Made by a program: the position numbers and the translations under genes. A stretch of DNA of 64,000 bases from positions 405,989-469,988 of the forward strand of contig OZ243958.1 in the NCBI GenBank assembly GCA_965214495.1, written 5' to 3'. The notes beneath the pieces are model-generated. The model saw only the letters and a list, made by a program, of their open reading frames with translations, was not told where the DNA came from and did not search any database. Source of the stretch: Alphaproteobacteria bacterium (GTDB taxonomy: Bacteria > Pseudomonadota > Alphaproteobacteria > UBA7887). Shown piece by piece: positions 1 to 8,348 of the stretch; positions within the stretch are counted from its first letter, which is position 1, and the number at the start of each line of letters is the position of its first letter.

Positions 1-1912
1 TGGCGCCGTTGCGCGCGATGGCGCCGATCGGGCATGAATGCGCGCAGACCTGACACGGATTGCCGCATTCCGGTCGCCGCCGCAGCCACTCGAGCACGTG
101 AATGCGCCCGAGGATCGCCAGAACGCCGCCCAGCGGACACAGATAGCGGCAGAAGAAGCGCTCGACGAACAGGCCGGCGAGGAGTAACGCGGCGGCCCAG
201 GCGACGTATGGCCAGGCGCGTGCGAAGCCCATCGTGATCGCGGTCTTGAACGGTTCGATCTCCGCCGCCACCGCCGCGGCGTCGGGCGAGATCGCCGCAG
301 TGGCGAGAATGCCCGCGCCGAGAACGTATTTCACCGCCCACAACCGTTGTTGCAGCCGCTCCGGCACGGCCTTTTGGGGCAGCCGCGCCAGGCGTGCGAG
401 CCGGTTCGACAGTTCCTGCAACGCGCCGAACGGGCACAGCCAGCCGCAGAACACGCCGCGTCCCCACAACAACAGGGTCAGCACCGTGTAGCCGGCCAGG
501 ATGACCAGCAACGGGTCGAACAGCAGAAACTCCCAGTCGGCCGCGCCGAACGCCGCCCGGAACCAGCCGACCGCGGTGAGGATGGTGACCTGGCCTCCGG
601 CGATCCAGCCGAGCCAGACCAGGGTGGTGGCCAGCAACCCGACCCGGACGACGCGGTGCCAACGGCGCGACCGCGCCAGTTCGTCCTGAAACGCCATCGC
701 GCCGGTGACGGCGGCGAGCAACAGGATGAGGCCGAGTATCTCCCACTGCCGCTCGATCCACAGGCGCTGCCAGTCGGTGAGCGTGCTCTCGCGCCACCGG
801 CCTACGCCGACCGGCACCGGCTCGCGAAATCCGGCGTCTTCCAGCGCCACCCGGTCGCCGCGCACCACCTCGCCCGGCACGCGGTAGGGCAGGGAGAACG
901 TCCGTCCGTCGATGTCGATCTCCAGCGCCCACGGCGCCAGGGGATCGAACCCGCGGTCGCCGGCGATCCCGAACCGCGCGAGTTGATCGAACCGGGGCGC
1001 GCCGTCGATCGGCAGCCGCCGCGCCGGAGAGAAGTCCCGCGTCAACAGCTCGACGGCGCGTTCGCCTTGCGCGATGCGCGCGCCGTCGATCCGGTCCACC
1101 AGCCACGGGTTGGCCGGCAGCCACCGGTGCGGCCCGACCGAACCGATCATGACCTGATGCATATCGTGCGCGGCGACTTCGACGATCTTGCGAAACCGCC
1201 GTTCGCCGAACAGGTTGCGCCCGATCATCGGCGGCGTCGCCAGTGCTGCGTAGAACGTGGTGCCGGTCTCGCCCGCGCCGCCGGGAACCGTGAGCCGGCC
1301 CACCGCCCCGCCGGCCAGCAATTCGTCCCAGCCCCGCGGCGCGAAGGCGACCCGGTCGAGCGACAGGCCGCCGGGCGCATCCTGCACCACCCCGGTCTGG
1401 TAGCCGACGAGGGCGGCGGCGTTGAGCACCGCGCGCCGCATCGCGGTGACGCTCACGGTCGCCCCGGAGACGCCATCGACATGGCGGGGTTCGAACGCTT
1501 CGCCGCTCGTGAGGTCGTAACCGTGAGTTTCGGCAATATATCGGCCGGCCGCCTGCGGCGTGATCATGCCGGCGTCGATCAGCGGTTCGCGTTCTTCGAG
1601 CAACATATGGCCGCGGATCGCGCCGGACCGTTCGAGGCCGACGACGATGTCGAACGACTGCCCGGAATAGCCGCGCGGATGCACGGTTTCGTGAGTCGAG
1701 AACAGATAGCCGACGGTTTCGCGCCCCGCCAGCACCGGCGCGACGGGCGGTTCGCCTTCGACGGGCGCGAGCCCCTCCGCTTCCGGGAAAATGCCGTGCA
1801 CCACGGCGTCGGAGAGGCGCGTTTCGAGCGGGTCTTCCATACGCGCGTCGGCGCCTGCGGCCAACGAGATCGCCGCTGCCGCCCAGAGGATGAACCGCCC
1901 CGACCCTTTCAT
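1..1912 (-). CDS. nosR: NosR/NirI-family membrane-bound regulator (periplasmic FMN-binding domain, transmembrane segments, C-terminal polyferredoxin CxxxCP motifs). It is 3' truncated by the window start.
   Basis: Translating the minus strand myself gives MKGSGRFILWAAAAISLAAGADA... from the ATG at 1910-1912. It runs without a stop to position 1 and includes the motifs GVFCGWLCPFGALQE, FFCRYLCPLGGVLAILGRIHVLEWLRRRPECGNPCQVCAHSCPIGAI. The ORF track misses it because the stop lies outside the window. The long + ORF 347..2002 is its antisense artefact. Confidence 0.8.
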   Translation of the reverse strand, partial: MKGSGRFILWAAAAISLAAGADARMEDPLETRLSDAVVHGIFPEAEGLAPVEGEPPVAPVLAGRETVGYLFSTHETVHPRGYSGQSFDIVVGLERSGAIRGHMLLEEREPLIDAGMITPQAAGRYIAETHGYDLTSGEAFEPRHVDGVSGATVSVTAMRRAVLNAAALVGYQTGVVQDAPGGLSLDRVAFAPRGWDELLAGGAVGRLTVPGGAGETGTTFYAALATPPMIGRNLFGERRFRKIVEVAAHDMHQVMIGSVGPHRWLPANPWLVDRIDGARIAQGERAVELLTRDFSPARRLPIDGAPRFDQLARFGIAGDRGFDPLAPWALEIDIDGRTFSLPYRVPGEVVRGDRVALEDAGFREPVPVGVGRWRESTLTDWQRLWIERQWEILGLILLLAAVTGAMAFQDELARSRRWHRVVRVGLLATTLVWLGWIAGGQVTILTAVGWFRAAFGAADWEFLLFDPLLVILAGYTVLTLLLWGRGVFCGWLCPFGALQELSNRLARLARLPQKAVPERLQQRLWAVKYVLGAGILATAAISPDAAAVAAEIEPFKTAITMGFARAWPYVAWAAALLLAGLFVERFFCRYLCPLGGVLAILGRIHVLEWLRRRPECGNPCQVCAHSCPIGAIARNGA

Positions 1913-2436
1913 ACCCGGTTCCTCATAACCCGATCGGCGCCGACACGGCTCCGGGCGGTAGTATATGCGGAAGAGCCGCGGGTACGGTTTCCACGGCGTT
2001 GACACCACCGCGCCTGCATGTGACACGATCGAGCGTCGGGTGCCCGTGGCGGGCTCGATATGGTTCGCCCAGCCTGACATCATGAACCCTCCGCGCAGGC
2101 GCCTTCCTGCCTGTGGGCGTCCCAAGCTTTCTCCGCCGCAGCAACGAACGGCCGGCGTTCCCCGCGTGTTGCACATGGTCGGAAGCGTTCGCCCGGCTTC
2201 GATCCGCACATGGCCACGGATGGCGCTCGTCGGCTCGCGGCCGACGACGATGTCGAACGACCGGCCGGAACAGCCGCGTGGATCTTCGTGCGCGCTTCGC
2301 CGCCCGCCGCGCAGAGGGTGAACCGCCCCGCCGCGCCCGTATGCGCGTTATCATGGTCGGAATCGCACCGGCACGATTCCGGACTGCGGCCGATCGCTCG
2401 CCGGTTGCCCGCCCACCGGGAAAGGAGAGCGACCCG

Positions 2437-2592
2437 ATGAAACCGCGATCCTCTCGCGGCGGCGGGAACCGGCGCCGGACGAACCCCGTCGCGCGCGCGC
2501 TTCGCTCTCCGCGCGGGGCGTTCGCGCAACGCGTTCGACGGAACCGGCGTCGCTACAACCGCAAGAGCAAGCACCGGGTGCAACCGGAGTGA
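2437..2592 (+). CDS. Hypothetical small, highly basic protein (51 aa; MKPRSSRGGGNRRRTNPVARALRSPRGAFAQRVRRNRRRYNRKSKHRVQPE).
   Basis: An ATG is preceded by a strong Shine-Dalgarno (gggaaaggagag) about 7 nt upstream, and the product is Arg/Lys-rich. I see no homology, and it could be a chance ORF in a GC-rich intergenic region. Confidence 0.25.
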   Translation: MKPRSSRGGGNRRRTNPVARALRSPRGAFAQRVRRNRRRYNRKSKHRVQPE

Positions 2593-2601
2593 CCGCGGCG
2601 C

Positions 2602-3090
2602 TCAACGCGGCGCGATACCCTGTCCGGCCTTCGCGCGCCCGCGCCGGGCGGCGAAGAAGTTTCGCAGAAGAGACGCCGCTTCGCTCTCCGCGATGCCGCC
2701 ATAGACCTCCGGGCGGTGGTGGCAGCCAGATTGCGCGTAGAGGCGGGGGCCGTGGTCGATGCCGCCGCCCTTCGGGTCCGCGCAGCCGTAATAGAGGCGG
2801 CGGATGCGCGCGAAAGATGCCGCCTGGGCGCACATCGGGCAGGGCTCCAGCGTCACGTACAGGCTGCAACCTGTCAGGCGGGGCGAGCCGCGCGCCGCGG
2901 CGGCCGCGCGCAGCGCCAGCATCTCGGCATGTGCGGTAGGATCGTCGAGCGCTTCGGTGCGGTTGCCCGCCGCCGCCAGAATTGCGCCGTCGCGGGTTGT
3001 CACCACGGCGCCGACCGGCACTTCGCCCCGCGCCGCGGCGGCGCGGGCCTGCGCCAGCGCCTCGACCATCGGGTTCCCGCCGCTGTCCAT
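2602..3090 (-). CDS. tadA: tRNA-specific adenosine deaminase TadA (CMP/dCMP deaminase zinc-binding family).
   Basis: The sequence contains HAEMLALR and TLEPCPMCAQA zinc-ligand motifs, and VPVGAVV aligns with E. coli TadA. The ORF extends to 3156, but alignment puts the start at M(3090) or M(3069). The longer form would overlap the divergent gene starting at 3119. Confidence 0.8.
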   Translation of the reverse strand: MDSGGNPMVEALAQARAAAARGEVPVGAVVTTRDGAILAAAGNRTEALDDPTAHAEMLALRAAAAARGSPRLTGCSLYVTLEPCPMCAQAASFARIRRLYYGCADPKGGGIDHGPRLYAQSGCHHRPEVYGGIAESEAASLLRNFFAARRGRAKAGQGIAPR

Positions 3091-3118
3091 GCCGGCGGTA
3101 TAGCGTATCCTGTGCGTC

Positions 3119-3844
3119 ATGGCAGATCGCGACCGACCGCCGCTGATCGGCGTCACGCTCGACAGCGAACCCGCCGGCGGATACTCGAAATTCCCCTGGT
3201 ATGCGCTGCGGCGGAACTATGCCGGCGCGCTGCACCGGGCCGGCGCGCTGGCGGTCGCGCTGCCGCACGAACCCGAAGGCGCGGAAGCGTTGCTGTCGCG
3301 CCTCGACGGGCTGGTCGTCACGGGCGGCGCGTTCGACGTGGACCCGGCGCTGTTCGGCGCCGCGAGCCGCCACGACACGGTCAGCACCAAGGACCGGCGC
3401 ACGGCGTTCGAACTCGCCGTCTCCCGTGCGGCCGTGGCGGCGGACAAACCGCTGCTCGGCATTTGCGGCGGCGCGCAACTGCTCAACGTGGCGCTGGGCG
3501 GAACGCTGATCCAGCACATCCCCGACGCCGTGGCCGGCTGTCTGGCGCATGAGCAGCCGAACCCGCGCGACGAGCCGGGCCACACGGTCGTCGTCGCGCC
3601 CGGAACCCGGCTTCACGCGATTACCGGCGGCGGAACCCTGGCGGTCAACAGCGCGCACCATCAGGCGGTAGCCGAACCTGCGCCCGAAGTCCGGGTCAAC
3701 GCGACCGCGCCCGACGGAGTCGTGGAGGGTATCGAGCACACCGGCGCGCGATTCTGCATCGGCGTGCAGTGGCATCCCGAGTTCCTGATCTCCGACGGCG
3801 ACCGGGCGCTGTTCGCGGGCTTCGTGGCGGCGTGCCGGAACTGA
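3119..3844 (+). CDS. Class I glutamine amidotransferase-like / gamma-glutamyl-GABA hydrolase family (peptidase C26, PuuD-like).
   Basis: 241 aa with LLGICGGAQLLNVALGGTL (Cys nucleophile) and HTGARFCIGVQWHPEF (His-Glu) motifs typical of GATase1/C26. Confidence 0.8.
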   Translation: MADRDRPPLIGVTLDSEPAGGYSKFPWYALRRNYAGALHRAGALAVALPHEPEGAEALLSRLDGLVVTGGAFDVDPALFGAASRHDTVSTKDRRTAFELAVSRAAVAADKPLLGICGGAQLLNVALGGTLIQHIPDAVAGCLAHEQPNPRDEPGHTVVVAPGTRLHAITGGGTLAVNSAHHQAVAEPAPEVRVNATAPDGVVEGIEHTGARFCIGVQWHPEFLISDGDRALFAGFVAACRN

Positions 3845-4572
3845 ACGGGAAGGGTGAGCGCATCGCCCGGCGCATCGCCCGCGCCGGCCTGTGTTCGCGG
3901 CGCGAGGCGGAACGCTGGATCGCCGCCGGGCGGGTGGCGCTCAACGGCGCGATGCTCGACAGCCCGGCGGTAACGGTCGGCGCGGAGGATCGCGTGACGG
4001 TCGATGGCGCGGCGCTTCCGCCGCCGCCGCGCGCCGGGTTGTGGCGCTATCACAAACCGCGCGGCCTCGTCACGAGCCACGCCGACGAGCGCGGCCGGCC
4101 GACCGTGTTCGAGCGTCTGCCGTCCGGCCTGCCGAGGCTGATTTCGGTGGGGCGCCTGGATCTCAACTCCGAAGGGTTGTTGCTGCTGACGAATGACGGC
4201 GCGCTCGCCCGGCATCTCGAATTGCCGGCGACCGGCTTCACGCGCCGTTACCGCGTGCGCGCCGACGGCGTGCTCGACGAGGCGGCGCGGGTCCGGCTCG
4301 CCAAGGGAGTCCGTTTCGAGGGCGCCGCCTGGGGACCCGTCGGCGTGACGGTGGAGGAGGGGAGCGGGCGCAATCGCTGGCACACGGTCTCGTTGCGCGA
4401 GGGGCGCAACCGCGAGGTCCGCAAATTGTTCGCCGCTTTCGGGCTGGAAGTCGGCCGTCTGGTGCGAATCGCCTACGGGCCGTTCCAGCTCGGCAAGCTG
4501 GAGAAGGGTGCGGTTTCGCCGGTCGCGCCCCGGGTGCTGGCGGAGCAGCTCGGGGCGCGCTGGCGTTCGTGA
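3832..4572 (+). CDS. rsuA: rRNA pseudouridine synthase, RsuA/RluB family (N-terminal S4 domain).
   Basis: GERIARRIARAGLCSRREAERWIAAGRVALNG is an S4 domain, and RLDLNSEGLLLLTNDG is the catalytic-Asp motif. The ORF opens at ATG 3769, but the upstream gene stops at 3844. A GTG at 3832 gives a 13-nt overlap and is the more plausible start. Confidence 0.75.
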   Translation: MPELNGKGERIARRIARAGLCSRREAERWIAAGRVALNGAMLDSPAVTVGAEDRVTVDGAALPPPPRAGLWRYHKPRGLVTSHADERGRPTVFERLPSGLPRLISVGRLDLNSEGLLLLTNDGALARHLELPATGFTRRYRVRADGVLDEAARVRLAKGVRFEGAAWGPVGVTVEEGSGRNRWHTVSLREGRNREVRKLFAAFGLEVGRLVRIAYGPFQLGKLEKGAVSPVAPRVLAEQLGARWRS

Positions 4573-5132
4573 GGATCGTCGCCGGTCGTTTCCGGGGCCG
4601 CCGGATCGCGGTTCCGTCCGGTGCGGCGGCGCGTCCGACGAGTGCCCGCGCACGGGAGGCGCTGTTCGACATACTCATCCACAACCCGGCCTTCGCCGAC
4701 GCCCCCATCGCCGGCGCGACGGTGGTGGACGCGTTCGCGGGCAGCGGCGCGCTCGGCCTCGAGGCGCTGTCGCGAGGCGCCCGCTTCGTCCACTTCATCG
4801 ACATCGACCCCGCCGCGCTGGCGGTCGTGCGTGAGAATCTCTCCACGCTCGACGCCGCCGCGCGCACCGCGTTGCATCGCCGCGACGCGGCGGACCCGGG
4901 ACCGGCGCCGGAGGCGGCGGCGTTCGCCTTCCTCGATCCGCCCTACGGTGCGGGCCTTGCCGGCCGGGCGCTCGGCGCGCTGGCGGCGGCCGGCTGGCTG
5001 GCGCCGGACGCTGTCGCGACCGTGGAACACGGGGCGGGCGAGGCATTGGCGCCGCCCGACGGCTTCCGCACGGTCCTCCGCCGCCGCTACGGTCGTGGCG
5101 TGATCGACCTCTTGCGCCGCGCGGGTCGATGA
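4569..5132 (+). CDS. rsmD: 16S rRNA (guanine966-N2)-methyltransferase RsmD.
   Basis: 187 aa with MRIVAGRFRGRRI, VVDAFAGSGALGLEALSRGA (SAM motif I) and FLDPPY (motif IV). The start overlaps the upstream stop by 4 nt, indicating translational coupling. Confidence 0.85.
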   Translation: MRIVAGRFRGRRIAVPSGAAARPTSARAREALFDILIHNPAFADAPIAGATVVDAFAGSGALGLEALSRGARFVHFIDIDPAALAVVRENLSTLDAAARTALHRRDAADPGPAPEAAAFAFLDPPYGAGLAGRALGALAAAGWLAPDAVATVEHGAGEALAPPDGFRTVLRRRYGRGVIDLLRRAGR

Positions 5133-5318
5133 CGTGCCGCCACGTCCGGCAATTCTCGTTGCCGTTCCGGCGAATCCGAATTACCGCGCCATCGTTCGCG
5201 GTGTCGATAGCAAGGGGAGTTGGCCGGATGCCGTTTCGGTGCGCGGGCGTCCCGCCCGCATCCGCTCCGACGGCCGCCTTTGGCGGATGCCGTATTCGCG
5301 CGCGACACCCTTGCGGGC

Positions 5319-5822
5319 GGGTAGTGTCTCGGTTTGAAATCGACACACGCGGCGGGACGACCGGGTTCCAGCGTGCCACCATCCCACCGTCATCGCCGGC
5401 ACGAACCGCGACAATCCCTGTAGGGGCAACCCTTGTGGTTGCCCGCCCTTGTTTCCCGCCTGTTCGAGGGTTCGGGCACCCACAACGGGCGCCCCTACAG
5501 GCGACTGTCGCGTTTGCCCCAACGGGTCATGCAGGGTTCGGGCACCCACAAGGGGCGCCCCTACAGGCTCCCGGCGAGATCGTACTCGACAACGGCACCG
5601 GGTTCGGGCACCCACAAGGGGTGCCCCTACAGGCGACTGTCGCGTTTGCCCCGACGGGTCATGCAGGGTTCGGGCACCCACAAGGGGCGCCCCTACGGGC
5701 GGGTCGATGTCGCCTGGCACGCCCGCCCCTTCGCGGCGGCCTGGAGGCGTCGCCGTCCCGCTGTCATTGCCAACACGAACCTGAACGAACCGCGATAATT
5801 TTCAAACCGAGACACTACCCGA
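5319..5822. mobile_element. Non-autonomous MITE-like composite repeat of about 500 bp, bounded by 22-bp perfect terminal inverted repeats (cgggtagtgtctcggtttgaaa ... tttcaaaccgagacactacccg). Inside are five REP-like hairpin units (GGGCAcCCACAAGGGgcGCCCCTACAGG and variants).
   Basis: Both the TIRs and the internal imperfect palindromes were read directly. Related copies or fragments lie at about 12985-13300, 16880-16960, 18290-18440 and 60400-60700. It has no coding capacity; the overlapping ORFs 5129..5917 and 5181..5720 are artefacts. Confidence 0.55.
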
Positions 5823-5889
5823 CGCAGGGTTGCCGCGCGCCGTCGCGGCGCGTAGCGTCGCGTGCCGCCGAACCCGCAGGGAGAGTTCC

Positions 5890-6204
5890 ATGTCCGTCGT
5901 CCACGTCGTCGCCGTGATCACCGCCAGGCCGGGGATGCGCGACCGTATCCTCGACGCGTTCCAGGCCAACGTTCCCAGCGTGCGCGCCGAAGACGGGTGC
6001 ATCGAATACACCGCCACCGTCGATGCGGACGGCGTCGGACCGTTGCAGACGCGCTTCGGCGACGAAACCTTCGTGGCGGTCGAGAAATGGGCGAGTCTCG
6101 ATGCGCTGAAGGCGCACGCTGTCGCCCCGCACATGAAAGCCTATGCGGCGAAGACGAAGGACATGATCGCCGAACGCTCCATCCATGTGCTGACCCCGGC
6201 CTGA
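5890..6204 (+). CDS. Antibiotic biosynthesis monooxygenase (ABM) domain protein / putative quinol monooxygenase.
   Basis: MSVVHVVAVITARPGMRDRILDAFQANVPSVRAEDGCIEYTATVD... is typical of the ABM fold. An SD (gcagggagag) lies 5 nt before the ATG at 5890. The ORF opens at 5830 with TTG, but the ABM domain starts at M21. Confidence 0.7.
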   Translation: MSVVHVVAVITARPGMRDRILDAFQANVPSVRAEDGCIEYTATVDADGVGPLQTRFGDETFVAVEKWASLDALKAHAVAPHMKAYAAKTKDMIAERSIHVLTPA

Positions 6205-6211
6205 ACCGGCG

Positions 6212-6874
6212 TCACCAGCCCAGCCGGCGCTGCCGGTCGATCACCGCGCGGGCGCGGCGTTCGAAACGGCGCGCTTCGTCGAAACGGCGGATCCCCGCGG
6301 CGGCGAGGCGTTCGAGGGCGGCGATCCACAGTGCGGCCGCGGCGCGCGCGTCGCCCAGCGCGGTGTGCCGCCCGCGCACCGTCACGCCCCAGCGCGCGGC
6401 GGTGCCTTCCAGCGTGAGGTCTCTCTCGCGCGGTTCGAGCGCGGCGGCGAGGCGCACCAGGTCCAGCGTCGGCGGCGCCGTCCACGCGCGGCCGCACAGC
6501 CGGGTTTCCGCTCGCAGCATGGCGATGTCGAAACCGACATTGTGGCCGATCGCCACCCGGTCGCCGACATAGGCGGCAATCTCGCGCCATAGATCGGCGA
6601 AGTGCGGCGCGCCCGCCACCGTGGCGTCGGCGATGCCGTGGATCGCGGTGGCGGCGGGCGGAATCGGGCGGCCCGGGTCGATCAGGCGGTCGAACGGCGG
6701 GGTCGTTTCGTGGACGCGGCCGACCATGCGCAGCGCGCCGATGGAAACGATGCGGGCGATTCGCACGTCCAGCCCGGTCGTCTCGAGGTCGAGCGCCACC
6801 ACCGGCAGGTCGGCGAGCGCGGTGGGGTCGTGGGGCGTCGGCGCCGGAGCGCGCGAGAACGGCCACAACGCCAT
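6212..6874 (-). CDS. DnaQ-like 3'-5' exonuclease (DEDDh, DNA polymerase III epsilon-like domain).
   Basis: 220 aa with LDLETTGLD (Exo I), HNVGFDIAML (Exo II) and HTALGDARAAAALW (Exo III, Y/H-x3-D). The start ATG 6872-6874 overlaps the stop of the upstream gene by 1 nt. The rest of the 666-aa ORF 6212..8212 is out-of-frame antisense of the next gene. Confidence 0.85.
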   Translation of the reverse strand: MALWPFSRAPAPTPHDPTALADLPVVALDLETTGLDVRIARIVSIGALRMVGRVHETTPPFDRLIDPGRPIPPAATAIHGIADATVAGAPHFADLWREIAAYVGDRVAIGHNVGFDIAMLRAETRLCGRAWTAPPTLDLVRLAAALEPRERDLTLEGTAARWGVTVRGRHTALGDARAAAALWIAALERLAAAGIRRFDEARRFERRARAVIDRQRRLGW

Positions 6875-8295
6875 CAGAACAGGTCGGCGGAGAACGCGCC
6901 GTGCACCCGGTCGCGGAACGCTTCGACCGCGCGCAGCGCGGCGACGAGTTCCTGGCGCCGGCGCGCCGTCAGGCCGTCGGGGTCGAAACGGTAGCCGATC
7001 GACCGGCCGGCGCGAAAGTCGGCGATCTGCCGACGCAGGACCAGGCCGGCGAACAGCGCGAACGCCGCCTGCAACCCATCGTGCGAATCGCGGTCGAGCA
7101 ACCCGGCGGCCGCCAGCGCGTCGAGGCGCTCGCCGGTGCCGGCGGCGGTGACTTCGTGCATCAGGCACCACAGGCGGACGGCTTCGACCAGCGGCAGCAT
7201 CGCGTCGTATTTCAGGTCGAACATCCTCTCGCCGCGCCGCCGAATGCGGCCGAACCAGCCGAGCGCGGTCGGGCGCCCGGCCTGCATCGCGTGCATGGCC
7301 GCGAGCCAGGCTTTCGCGCCGGCCATCCGCGCCGCGGCGTGCGCGCGCAAGCGTTCGGCGAGCGCCGGGTCGCCGTGGACGGCGCGGAAGTCGATGAAGA
7401 CGCAGCCGAGTTGCACCATGGCGTCGGTCCCGCGCGCGAGCCACAGGTCGATCTGGTCCTGCCACTGGCGCAGGGTCTTGCGCCACAGCGGGTTGGTGGC
7501 CATGACCCCGCCGCGGCACAACGGCAGGCCGATTCGGTCGAGGTCTCCGGTCAGACGCAGCGCGAAGGCGACGAACCAGCGGTCGATCGCCGCGTGGTCG
7601 GCGTCGTCGTAGTCGGCGACGATCAGGCCGTTGTCCTGGTCGGCGCCGACGGCGCTTTCGCCGCGGCCGCCCGACCCCATGACGATCAGCGCGAAGCGCG
7701 CCGGCGCCGGGCCGAGGTCCCGCAAGGCGAGTTCGGCGACGCGGCGATGCAGGTCGGCGTTGATGGCGCTGATGAGCCGCAGCACGTCGGGCGCCGGCAC
7801 GTTGTCGGCAAACAACTGTTCGGCGACCGCGACCTGCTCGGCCTTGACCCGCGTCATGCCGGCGATCGTGTCTTCGTGGGCCAGCCGGTCGATCTGCTCG
7901 ACCGTTTGCGCCGCCCCGACGGCAAGCGCGGTGTGCAGGGCGATCATCCCGGTCGGGCGGCCGGCGTCGTCGAGCACCGGCATGTGGCGCAGCCCGCGCC
8001 GCCGCATCGTCGCGATCGCGCGGTACAGATGGTCGGCCTCGCCGACCGCCGTCACCGGCGCGGTCATCGCATCGCCCGCGGGGCGCGCGGCGTCGAGCCG
8101 GAAGGCGACGCGCCGCACCACGTCCTGTTCGGTGACGATGCCGACCGCCCGGCCGTTGTCGGTGACGATCGCGCAGGTCGCGCCCGCCATGGCCCTCACG
8201 ACGTCGCCGCACGGCGTTGCGACGGTGACGGTCGGCGGCGCCGCGCCCATGGCGTCGCGCACGCGGCGGGTGAAGATCGCCGTCTGCGAGGACAT
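6874..8295 (-). CDS. Signal-transduction protein with tandem CBS domains and a DUF294 (GlnD-like) predicted nucleotidyltransferase domain.
   Basis: 473 aa from MSSQTAIFTRRVRDAMGAAPPTV. The N-terminal CBS pair carries the characteristic Ile-Val-Thr-Asp/Glu-x-Gly strands twice (CAIVTDNGRAVGIVTEQDV) and GLRHMPVLDD. The C-terminal DUF294 contains GSGGRGE.....DQDNGLIV, a pol-beta-type NTase G[SG] motif with a D-x-D. The upstream 838-aa ORF extension is R-rich junk. Confidence 0.85.
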   Translation of the reverse strand: MSSQTAIFTRRVRDAMGAAPPTVTVATPCGDVVRAMAGATCAIVTDNGRAVGIVTEQDVVRRVAFRLDAARPAGDAMTAPVTAVGEADHLYRAIATMRRRGLRHMPVLDDAGRPTGMIALHTALAVGAAQTVEQIDRLAHEDTIAGMTRVKAEQVAVAEQLFADNVPAPDVLRLISAINADLHRRVAELALRDLGPAPARFALIVMGSGGRGESAVGADQDNGLIVADYDDADHAAIDRWFVAFALRLTGDLDRIGLPLCRGGVMATNPLWRKTLRQWQDQIDLWLARGTDAMVQLGCVFIDFRAVHGDPALAERLRAHAAARMAGAKAWLAAMHAMQAGRPTALGWFGRIRRRGERMFDLKYDAMLPLVEAVRLWCLMHEVTAAGTGERLDALAAAGLLDRDSHDGLQAAFALFAGLVLRRQIADFRAGRSIGYRFDPDGLTARRRQELVAALRAVEAFRDRVHGAFSADLF

Positions 8296-8348
8296 GGTTC
8301 GCGCGGGCGCGGGGGGCGTCCCGCCTGCGGCGAGGCGGTCGGCGGCGG

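Noticed and set aside
347-2002. 551-aa + strand ORF
   Set aside because: It is the antisense of the nosR-like gene. The product is Arg/Pro/Gly-rich with no motifs, the typical stop-free antisense frame of about 70% GC DNA.
1913-2110. Possible FNR/NnrR or CRP-type box upstream of nosR (ttgacaccaccgcgcctgcatgtgacac)
   Set aside because: It does not fit TTGAT-N4-ATCAA or TGTGA-N6-TCACA spacing, so no confident regulatory site can be called.
6212-8212. 666-aa minus-strand ORF
   Set aside because: Only the C-terminal 220 codons (the exonuclease) are genuine. The N-terminal 446 codons are an out-of-frame read through the CBS-DUF294 gene and are Arg-rich junk.
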